Source: a virus. Taken from it: a DNA stretch of 64,000 nucleotides. A program made the position numbers and the translations under genes. The stretch lies in IMG/VR virus record IMGVR_UViG_3300028597_000007. One strand, given 5' to 3'. Below are positions 26,930 to 34,669 of this stretch, in pieces. The notes below the pieces were generated by a model. It was not told where the DNA came from, did no database searches, and was given only the letters and a program-made list of their open reading frames with translations. Each line of letters begins with the position of its first letter. Within the stretch, counting starts at the first letter, position 1.

Positions 26930-28324
26930 ATGCCATTGGTCGAAGTCGATGAAGACAAGGTCGAGAAGCAACCCGCTACTGGTCGTGTCGTACCCGTGGA
27001 TATGCGCACTGCCTTGGTGCAGACGCGTAATCAACCTCGCCAATCCCTGATCACTCAGGCGGGTGGCTCGATCTTCCCGATCACTGTGTACAAGCAACTG
27101 GTTCGAGAGCATGACTCGGTCAAGCCTCAGGCACTGAACCTGGATGCCCCGTACCAACAGTACGAGAAGATCAACAACGTGGAGTCTCGCCTGCAGGGCG
27201 ACTTCTCCTATTCGTTCGAAGAGGAAGAAGGTGACCGTGTTATCACCGGTACCCTGATCCTCTATCCGGGCATCTACCTGAACATGCACGACATGTTTGA
27301 GGCAGACGTGGGGGATGGTCAAACTGGCCTCTTCCACATCAACATGAAGCCAGAGCCTCTGTCGTGGATGGGTCAGGCCTGTCAGCAGATTCAGTTCCGC
27401 ATGGTGGCCCGTGATGACCCACTGCGCCAAGCAGACCTCAAGGCCAAGACCGTAGAAGAGTTCTACTACGTTGTTGACTTCGTCCGCTTCGGCAAGAACC
27501 CTGTCCTGATCAGTTCGCTGTATCACGACTACCGCATGCTGTTCCGCACATCGGAAACGATGATCAGCGAATACCTGCGGTTGTTCTTCAGTCCGATCAG
27601 TCAAACTCTCATCATTCCTGGCCAGGAGCCAGAGAACGGTACCTGCTATGATCCTTTCCTGGTTTCTGCTGTGCTCAGCGTACTTGAAACTACCCAGCAC
27701 CCCCTGCTTCGAAAAGTACAGGCCCATAACACCGACGCACAGTACGCTTTCAGAACCACCACGATCTGGGATGCTCTGCTCCAAATGGAGCCAAGCCACC
27801 TTCACCTTGCCTGCCAGCAAATGGGCCTAGTGCAAAAGAGTGTCCTCAAGACCCGTGCCAACTACGGCGGGGCTTACTGGGCACAGATCGACATGGTCAT
27901 GTTCCCCATTGAGCCGCGTGAAGATGCCGACTCAATGCGTGCGCCGACCATGCAGTACACCACCACCCCTTTGCGTGACGGCCCAGCCCCGATCCATGAC
28001 TTCAATCGCCTGATCCGTGAAAAGGACCTGACCGACGTTAAAGTAGTAGAGTCGCGTGATCCCAAGGACAAAGTACCGAACATCTGGGACACCAACGACG
28101 ACACCTACTACGTCTTCAGTAAAGCCTTCTACGAGGAGGACTACACGAAGATGAGCCATCTGGAGAAACTGGTTTGGTCTGTACTGAACCAGCAGGAACT
28201 GGATGTGCCCAAGTTGGCAGAGCTGGTCCGTCAGTCGAAAGAGTGGGACAAGCTTGAGCGTTTCTATTACGTGCCAGTGTTGATGATCCTGAACATTCTG
28301 GCATTGCGAGGACCTTCGATATGA
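26930..28324 (+). CDS. virion structural protein (gp99 position)
   Basis: GGAG SD; 464 aa; coding bias; synteny. Confidence 0.65.
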   Translation: MPLVEVDEDKVEKQPATGRVVPVDMRTALVQTRNQPRQSLITQAGGSIFPITVYKQLVREHDSVKPQALNLDAPYQQYEKINNVESRLQGDFSYSFEEEEGDRVITGTLILYPGIYLNMHDMFEADVGDGQTGLFHINMKPEPLSWMGQACQQIQFRMVARDDPLRQADLKAKTVEEFYYVVDFVRFGKNPVLISSLYHDYRMLFRTSETMISEYLRLFFSPISQTLIIPGQEPENGTCYDPFLVSAVLSVLETTQHPLLRKVQAHNTDAQYAFRTTTIWDALLQMEPSHLHLACQQMGLVQKSVLKTRANYGGAYWAQIDMVMFPIEPREDADSMRAPTMQYTTTPLRDGPAPIHDFNRLIREKDLTDVKVVESRDPKDKVPNIWDTNDDTYYVFSKAFYEEDYTKMSHLEKLVWSVLNQQELDVPKLAELVRQSKEWDKLERFYYVPVLMILNILALRGPSI

Positions 28325-28941
28325 CTCCTAATCGTCCAAAACCCCTACCCGTGGGAACTAGCCTGTCGCCTGCAGAGCAGATCTCCTTCAACCACTATGA
28401 GGTCATGGTACCTCGGTTGTTCCTGCAGTCGGCAGAGGCCGCCTCCTTCTACGGGGCGATGGCGCAAGACAACCCGATGGCTCAGCGTGAGCAAGAGCAG
28501 GGAGACATGCGCGTGAACCTGCCTGCAACTAAAATGGCAGAGCTGTACGCCAAAGGTTGCAAGCCTTGGTTCATCGACCACCCCAAGTCTGCCAAGCTGT
28601 ACCGCGAGGTTGTGGGCTACCTGAAGACTGCTGTGCAGAACTTCGATCAGGCGCCTAACTCTGGTCGCTGGACACCAGACATGATGGACAACCTCCTGAA
28701 GCTTGAGAACTTCGCTCAGTGGCTCCATGGAGTTGCGTTGCCATTCCTCACCGAAGAAGACGTAGGTCCTCCACGCGATACGTTGGCAGGCTACAGCCGT
28801 CGCACTCCAATGCAGCGTCTGTCGCAGCAACAGCAGGAAGACCAACGTCAGAAGGCAGAGCACCTTGCGCCAGATCACCAACGCGTGGTTGATGACCTGG
28901 TTGAACGTCAAGTTGCTCGTGGTCGGAGAGGTTGGTCCTAA
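28321..28941 (+). CDS. conserved hypothetical protein (gp100 position)
   Basis: ATGA overlap with the upstream gene; GAGG SD. Confidence 0.65.
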   Translation: MTPNRPKPLPVGTSLSPAEQISFNHYEVMVPRLFLQSAEAASFYGAMAQDNPMAQREQEQGDMRVNLPATKMAELYAKGCKPWFIDHPKSAKLYREVVGYLKTAVQNFDQAPNSGRWTPDMMDNLLKLENFAQWLHGVALPFLTEEDVGPPRDTLAGYSRRTPMQRLSQQQQEDQRQKAEHLAPDHQRVVDDLVERQVARGRRGWS

Positions 28942-30311
28942 TGGAGACACGTCGCTCAACCTTAATGCAGGAAGTGCGTGCGATCTTTGACGATGGCTCC
29001 AAGCCTGTTCATTTCCTTTGGAAGTGCGACATCACGGCAGGAGGCGAGAAGATCGAACCCTTCCGTACCCTCAACATGGATATCGGTCGTCACTACACGC
29101 TCAACTTTGCTGAGGACATTTCGGTTGAGCTGCAAGTGCGTCCATCGGAGTACGTCGACAAGATCTACCCCAATCGCCAGAACATCACCGTCACGCTGTA
29201 TCAGATCCCTCTGAATGAAGACGGCACGGAGAATTGGGATCAGCCTCGTTACCTTGAGATCTATCGAGGTAACATCAAAGGGGCAAAAGACCCGAAGCTC
29301 AACGCCCCGCGTGAAGTGGGAACGAGCGATGACCTGGATCTACAAGGTCCAGTGGTGGTGGAGTTCCAGTTGGTATCTCGTGCGCTTGAGCAACTGCGCT
29401 TGCAGATCCCAGGTGGCAACTACCGCCACACTACCCCAGGCCGTGTACTGCGTTCGATCATGGATCAACTACGAACCAAGATCAAGGTGGATAACATCGA
29501 GGCCATCGTTGGCACCGATATGACCCCACCCGACAACACCGTCGTTCGCGAGCACGTCATTGTTCCTCCGTTACCAGTCACGAAGTTGCCGCTGTACATG
29601 CAAGAGAAAGCTGGCGGTGTTTACAACGCTGGCATCTCTTTCTTCTTGCAAGGTGACAAGTGGTACGTCTTCCCGCCGTATGGGATTGATTCCCCGACCG
29701 AACGGGATAAGCGTATCCTGACAATCTTCATCGTCCCACCTAACCAGTTCCCTGGTGTGGAACGTACCTACCGAGAAACTATCGGGCAGGTTATTGTCAT
29801 GTCCACCGGTGGCTCTTCCAACAGCGACATGTCAGAGGCACTGGACTTGAACTCCGGTAACGGTATTCGGTTCAGTGATGCGATGTCGATGTTGGATGGA
29901 TTCGTCAAGACAGAGAACGGGGTACCTGTTGCTCGTCGTGGTGTGTCGGCTTCTGAGTTCGTTGACGGGACACGTGACACGGGCCTTAACTTTGCACCAG
30001 TGGCCACCGAGCGCATCACTTCCAACGCCATGAAGATGGCATCGAAGCTTGCACCTCGTAAGGGCATGACCATGCAGGTCGTCTGGGAGAACGCTAACCC
30101 GTTCACGGTGTACCCAGGCATGCAGTGCCGCGTCTATGTGCTGCGGGACAATGTGCTCGAAGAACGTAAGGGGCGCCTGGTGGATGCGCAGTTCCTGATT
30201 GCCCCCAAGAGCAAGACTGCCCGCAATTCACAGCAGGCTTGCGTTGGACACCTCGCTGTATTCGTTTCCAGAGCGACTGAGCTTGACAGGCTACCAGACG
30301 TCACGGCATAA
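28941..30311 (+). CDS. baseplate hub-like virion protein (gp101 position)
   Basis: TAATG stop/start overlap; GGAGAGG SD; hub-like organisation (VIVPPLPVTKLPLYMQEKAGGVY...SFFLQ...WYVFP). Confidence 0.55.
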   Translation: METRRSTLMQEVRAIFDDGSKPVHFLWKCDITAGGEKIEPFRTLNMDIGRHYTLNFAEDISVELQVRPSEYVDKIYPNRQNITVTLYQIPLNEDGTENWDQPRYLEIYRGNIKGAKDPKLNAPREVGTSDDLDLQGPVVVEFQLVSRALEQLRLQIPGGNYRHTTPGRVLRSIMDQLRTKIKVDNIEAIVGTDMTPPDNTVVREHVIVPPLPVTKLPLYMQEKAGGVYNAGISFFLQGDKWYVFPPYGIDSPTERDKRILTIFIVPPNQFPGVERTYRETIGQVIVMSTGGSSNSDMSEALDLNSGNGIRFSDAMSMLDGFVKTENGVPVARRGVSASEFVDGTRDTGLNFAPVATERITSNAMKMASKLAPRKGMTMQVVWENANPFTVYPGMQCRVYVLRDNVLEERKGRLVDAQFLIAPKSKTARNSQQACVGHLAVFVSRATELDRLPDVTA

Positions 30312-30361
30312 GCGAACTCCTCTCTACGGGCCTCTGTGGGGCTCGTAGAGGGCTTTATGCC
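30303..30361. terminator. hairpin with GGCATA/TATGCC flanks (element 5)
   Basis: CTCTACGGGCC...GGGCTCGTAGAG (30322-30350); the upstream stop TAA lies in ACGGCATAA; TTTATGCC downstream. Confidence 0.8.
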
Positions 30362-30428
30362 ATTGGATATTAAAGTATCTCAAGCCTAAACTATCCATGT
30401 GAGTGTATCCACATAAAAGGAAAGCTAC

Positions 30429-30923
30429 ATGAACCGCACTGAAGTTATCGATGCGTACTTCGCCTTCTGCAAGCAGGCTGGTTACGAACCGCATCAAGTT
30501 ATCCTGTCAGCCGGTGCTGCGTTGGTGATGTTCGAGGAACGTGAGACCACCGCTGATCTGGATTGCGATGTCCCTGCACATGACTACGCTCAGTTCGTAT
30601 GTCAACGCCCATCTGGCGAGCGTCGCTCGTCGCTGGGTGCTTTCTTCGACTACGACGATGTGGTCTCCCTGCATGCCTTCCCAGAAGGCACTGGCGTTTC
30701 CCAGCACGCTACTCCCAAGGGCCTGGTCTACACCTACAGCTGGATGGCTCTGGTGGAACAAAAAATCAAGCTGGTGGAAATGCCAGATCGCAAACCAGAG
30801 AAAATCCCTCGCGATCTGGAAGAGCTGGACAACATGGTCCTCGGTCTGGCATTCGCTGGTGACGTTGCCGGTGTCAAAGAACTGATTGAGCGCGCAGGTC
30901 GCGCTAAGGCGAATCGAGTATGA
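30429..30923 (+). CDS. minimal nucleotidyltransferase-fold protein
   Basis: ILSAGAALVMFEERETTADLDCDV matches the NTase hG[GS]x(9-13)DxD motif; C-terminal QK...R..EK..RD. Confidence 0.65.
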   Translation: MNRTEVIDAYFAFCKQAGYEPHQVILSAGAALVMFEERETTADLDCDVPAHDYAQFVCQRPSGERRSSLGAFFDYDDVVSLHAFPEGTGVSQHATPKGLVYTYSWMALVEQKIKLVEMPDRKPEKIPRDLEELDNMVLGLAFAGDVAGVKELIERAGRAKANRV

Positions 30924-31381
30924 GTGTTACCTACATCGTAGTTGCAGAACCAGGTAAGCTGGGGTCTATCGAAGTCAACCAGCAGTATGTCCCCTGGGTG
31001 GCCAAGGTTGGAGGGTTCAAGGTGGCTGCTGGCGAAGAAGCCAGAGAGATCACGCTGCCAGTAGGTTCTGAGTTCGGCAATAGCTTCGAATCAGTCCTGG
31101 CAACCCTTAACCTGTCCACCTACCATTCCGACAAGTTCCATGTGGTGGTTGACATGGGGTGGTCGCTCAAGTACCTCCAGCGCATGTTCGACGAAGGTCG
31201 TGCGGTTAACCAGCGTGAGGTTAACTTCATGAACTACATTGCAGGTATTGTTCATGAGGTCGGCACCACGGACCTCACGATATCTGGCTTCGGCTTCCAG
31301 GCCAAGGTCCAGGTAGTAACCTTCGACAAAGGTGCGGCGGTCTTCCGCAGTAAGTTCAGCGCACAACTCAAGTCAGTTTAA
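30920..31381 (+). CDS. hypothetical protein (153 aa)
   Basis: ATGA overlap with the NTase stop; coding bias. Confidence 0.7.
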   Translation: MSVTYIVVAEPGKLGSIEVNQQYVPWVAKVGGFKVAAGEEAREITLPVGSEFGNSFESVLATLNLSTYHSDKFHVVVDMGWSLKYLQRMFDEGRAVNQREVNFMNYIAGIVHEVGTTDLTISGFGFQAKVQVVTFDKGAAVFRSKFSAQLKSV

Positions 31382-31390
31382 GAGGTAAGT

Positions 31391-31837
31391 ATGGGCTATG
31401 TAGTTGTTCACCACGGTCTGACTGGCCAGAATCTGGATTACGATTCTCAGGACGTTGCCAACAACATCCTGACCTACTTGAGGTTCATGGCAGATCGTCC
31501 GGCCAGCGGTACCTATGACGCTGGTCGTCTGGTCTGGGAAGAGATGTTGGATGAGCAGTTGGAGGTTACTCTCTTCCGCTTCTCTGACCAACACAACCAC
31601 AACGAGCAGCTGCACCTTCTGTTTGAGGTTGGCTCTTCTGTTGAAGAGTTGATCAGAACTAAGGGCGACATGTATGAACGCGTCATCCGTCAGATCAGGT
31701 TCCACCTCAAACATGGTGCTGGGGAACTACTGAACCTCGAAACCGTCGGCAACTGTATCGTTGCAACATGCACAAGGTCCGCCCACTTGCATGATGTAGT
31801 GGTTCGTAAGAAGCGCTCAGAAATGAAATCAGTGTAA
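31391..31837 (+). CDS. hypothetical protein (148 aa)
   Basis: GAGGT SD; coding bias. Confidence 0.7.
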   Translation: MGYVVVHHGLTGQNLDYDSQDVANNILTYLRFMADRPASGTYDAGRLVWEEMLDEQLEVTLFRFSDQHNHNEQLHLLFEVGSSVEELIRTKGDMYERVIRQIRFHLKHGAGELLNLETVGNCIVATCTRSAHLHDVVVRKKRSEMKSV

Positions 31838-31850
31838 CAAGGAGAGTTTC

Positions 31851-32174
31851 ATGTTGGATCGAAACAAGTTCGGCGAAGAGATAATCTCCGCCGATCCTGA
31901 GATGCATATCCACCACAATGAATTCTACAAGCGGAATCCTCTGGCCCAAAAGCTGGTAGGTTCTCCTTTAAGGCGGATTACCCTAATGCATGTATTAGTT
32001 GGTATCCTCTTAATTGGAATTGGAGCTACATATGTCGTACAAAAACTGGTCGGCCCTGGACATGGTGTTGGTACTGGAGTTGGCCCTGCTGAAGGATGGG
32101 GACAAACACGAGAACGTCCTCTGCTCCTTGAAGAATCTCGCCAGTCCAGACAAGACCTGGAAGCGCGGCGATGA
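31851..32174 (+). CDS. possible small membrane protein (107 aa) overlapping the next gene
   Basis: AGGAG SD; one hydrophobic stretch; the 3' half overlaps a better-biased ORF in another frame. Confidence 0.4.
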   Translation: MLDRNKFGEEIISADPEMHIHHNEFYKRNPLAQKLVGSPLRRITLMHVLVGILLIGIGATYVVQKLVGPGHGVGTGVGPAEGWGQTRERPLLLEESRQSRQDLEARR

Positions 32175-32397
32175 AAGCCTGCCTGAATACTGCACCATGT
32201 TGGCCCAGCTCCCTGATCCAGTGAAGTCTGTGCGCGATGTCTGCAGCAACTTCTACCGGCAGCTCAAGCAGGTTGACGTCTTTGAAGTGGTGTCGACTGT
32301 CCCCGCTGAACTGACAGCCGACGAGCTGGAAGAGTTTGCCCAGGCGCACCGTGAGTTGATTATCAACGACAGACTGCGTCGCCCAGAGATGGTCTAA
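32032..32397 (+). CDS. hypothetical protein (121 aa)
   Basis: GGAG SD 6 nt before ATG 32032; strong GC3 bias; ends at a hairpin element. Confidence 0.7.
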   Translation: MSYKNWSALDMVLVLELALLKDGDKHENVLCSLKNLASPDKTWKRGDESLPEYCTMLAQLPDPVKSVRDVCSNFYRQLKQVDVFEVVSTVPAELTADELEEFAQAHRELIINDRLRRPEMV

Positions 32398-32444
32398 CGG
32401 CATAGTAGCCTCCCTCCCACCTTCGGGTGGGAGGGGGTTATGCC
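32397..32444. terminator. bidirectional hairpin with GGCATA/TATGCC flanks (element 6)
   Basis: CCTCCCTCCCACC-TTCG-GGTGGGAGGGGG (32409-32437) between convergent genes. Confidence 0.85.
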
Positions 32445-32462
32445 ACCATCTTTTTTTTTGTT

Positions 32463-34010
32463 TCAGAAATCAGCCATGAAGTTCGACATGTCAGCCTGAT
32501 CTTCACCCACCTTACGCATGGACATGTCTTTCCCGTTAATGTCATCCGGGAAACCAGGTGCCAAGTTCTCAGCAAACTTGTAGACCCAGTACAGGTCACG
32601 CGATGGAGTGATCGACGAGATACGGTGCTTGCCACGACGGTTGGTCAGGTATGCAGCTCCACCGTATTCCACGATGTGGCAGTAGATCTCCATGTCCAGC
32701 TCTTGATGGAGAGTACGGCAGCCATCGTAGAAACCACGACCAGCAACTTCGTTAACCAATTGCTCGGTCACACCCATCTTGGTCAGGTTCAATGCCTCAG
32801 ACGACATTTGGTGCGCGGTGATCAGAGCGATCTTCTTCTTGTTGAAGAAGTTTCGTACACGCGAGTACAGGTTCTTGACGTCTGCACCTGCCACGCCCTG
32901 AGTACAGCCTTCCTTGTTCAGCTTGGCAAGGTAGTCGATCACGCACAGCTGAATCTCGTAGCCGAGCTTCTCGTAGTATTCGATCAGAGCGAACAGCTTA
33001 CGGAAGTTGGAGTTGTCCGGGTCAACCCGAATGAACTCAATCTTCCAACCATTCTTCTCCAGACGATCCTTAACCACAGCCGACACTTCTTCGATCGACT
33101 TGTTGATGGTCTTAGGATCAACACGAATGCCTTGCTCGTTGAGAATGATCTGGGAGTAGACGCCTTTATAGTTGTCCTCCACTGTCTGCTCGTACGAGAT
33201 GTGTAGCAGCAAAGGAATCTTGCCAGGCGTGATGACCGGGGTGTTATACTGGGCCGCCTGTCGGAAGTAGTTGAGGATCTTACCCGACTTGAAGTTGTGG
33301 GACAGCGCAGAGACGCAAAGCACATCCACACGACGCAAGCCCTGCGCGTCACCGAATGCACGGTTGTCTGCCTGCCAGCCAAACTTGAATGCGTAGGACG
33401 CTGCAGGGTCTTCTGCTTCGTCTTCCATGAACTGGTCTTTGATGTTGTCCAGCTCACCTACAGCAATACGCTCCATGACGCCCAGGTCTTCCAGACCACC
33501 CACACCACCCACACGGTGATAAGGTTCCAACTCGATGACCAGATCACGTACGAAGGACGACCAATCGATCTTGGCCGATTCGAACATGAGCTTACGACGA
33601 GCCTTGGCAATGATCAAGTCAACTTCGACCTTTGCCTTATAACTCTGAATGTCGTAGATGGTGCGATCACGATACTGGGTCATCTTTTCCTGGTCGCCAC
33701 ACACTTCCAGGAAACTGGCCAACGCTTCTACAATGAACGACTCGCCCTGAGCATTCATCGTTATTCTTTGAAGTAGGTCCTCGCGGCCGACTGGGGTACC
33801 TTCGCCCACACACTGGACCATCCAGCCGGCTGTACTTAGCAGGCCCTCGATGATCTCTCGCCCGTAGTCGTTCTCTGCACCGGCGTTGGGTAACTCCGTG
33901 GTGTTGATGATTTCGCGACCCAGCGAAAGAATGTCGTCACTGCGAGTCCCTAGCAGACCTTCAACGTGCAGCAACGAAATTACTTTGATGAGCAGGAGTT
34001 TGTTATCCAT
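32463..34010 (-). CDS. dnaB: DnaB-like replicative helicase (phiKZ gp118-like)
   Basis: Walker A variant SALSHNFKSG, Walker B LCVIDYL, LITAHQMS and the TNRRGKHR arginine-finger region; immediately before the capsid locus as in phiKZ. Confidence 0.85.
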   Translation of the reverse strand: MDNKLLLIKVISLLHVEGLLGTRSDDILSLGREIINTTELPNAGAENDYGREIIEGLLSTAGWMVQCVGEGTPVGREDLLQRITMNAQGESFIVEALASFLEVCGDQEKMTQYRDRTIYDIQSYKAKVEVDLIIAKARRKLMFESAKIDWSSFVRDLVIELEPYHRVGGVGGLEDLGVMERIAVGELDNIKDQFMEDEAEDPAASYAFKFGWQADNRAFGDAQGLRRVDVLCVSALSHNFKSGKILNYFRQAAQYNTPVITPGKIPLLLHISYEQTVEDNYKGVYSQIILNEQGIRVDPKTINKSIEEVSAVVKDRLEKNGWKIEFIRVDPDNSNFRKLFALIEYYEKLGYEIQLCVIDYLAKLNKEGCTQGVAGADVKNLYSRVRNFFNKKKIALITAHQMSSEALNLTKMGVTEQLVNEVAGRGFYDGCRTLHQELDMEIYCHIVEYGGAAYLTNRRGKHRISSITPSRDLYWVYKFAENLAPGFPDDINGKDMSMRKVGEDQADMSNFMADF

Positions 34011-34548
34011 GTACCGATCCTATATGTTCGGAGGTCAAGGCTATCAGCCGGGGGCGATTAACCTGATCGCTGTTCCCCGCTGGCTTGATTTGGCGTTCAA
34101 GGCAAAAGGTCTGACGGTCGAGCAAGCAATTAACATCGACCCTCAGTTGGGATTCACTGAATGTGTTTCGCGTAAGTTCGCGGAAGCTATAGTGTCATCC
34201 CAGGAAGTTGATTTTCACAACGAGGTCACTTGGAGTCTGGGCGAATACCTGTTCCCGGACAAGAAGCAGCGACCGCAGCGTGACGAACTATATGCGAAGC
34301 TTGTGCGCGACTGGCATGGGGTTCCTCTGGTAAAGGGGCTGGAGTTGCACCTCCACCCTATTATCTTGGGGAGCAATCTCATTGGTCTGTATCACGTCGA
34401 CCCAGTGCCTGGAGTCACTGATACAGATTTATATGGGCGCATTCTGCGTTGTGCACACACTCTGGCATACAGCAAGGTCGGCGTTGGTGCGCTGGGCTGC
34501 GATCTGATCAAAGATGTGCTTAACGAAATTTATCTGGGTCAGCAATGA
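34009..34548 (+). CDS. conserved virion-associated protein (gp119 position)
   Basis: AGGAG SD inside the helicase gene; ATG 34009 (alternative ATG 34024); lies between helicase and capsid genes. Confidence 0.65.
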   Translation: MYRSYMFGGQGYQPGAINLIAVPRWLDLAFKAKGLTVEQAINIDPQLGFTECVSRKFAEAIVSSQEVDFHNEVTWSLGEYLFPDKKQRPQRDELYAKLVRDWHGVPLVKGLELHLHPIILGSNLIGLYHVDPVPGVTDTDLYGRILRCAHTLAYSKVGVGALGCDLIKDVLNEIYLGQQ

Positions 34549-34669
34549 TCTGGAAGCAAGGTCTGGAGCTACAGGCACTGTAGTAACAGGTATTCTATAG
34601 CGAACTGGTATACGGGTCGCTCGTTAGTCGACTAACACAAACGCAGCATCCAGTCACTGGAGATTCTAC

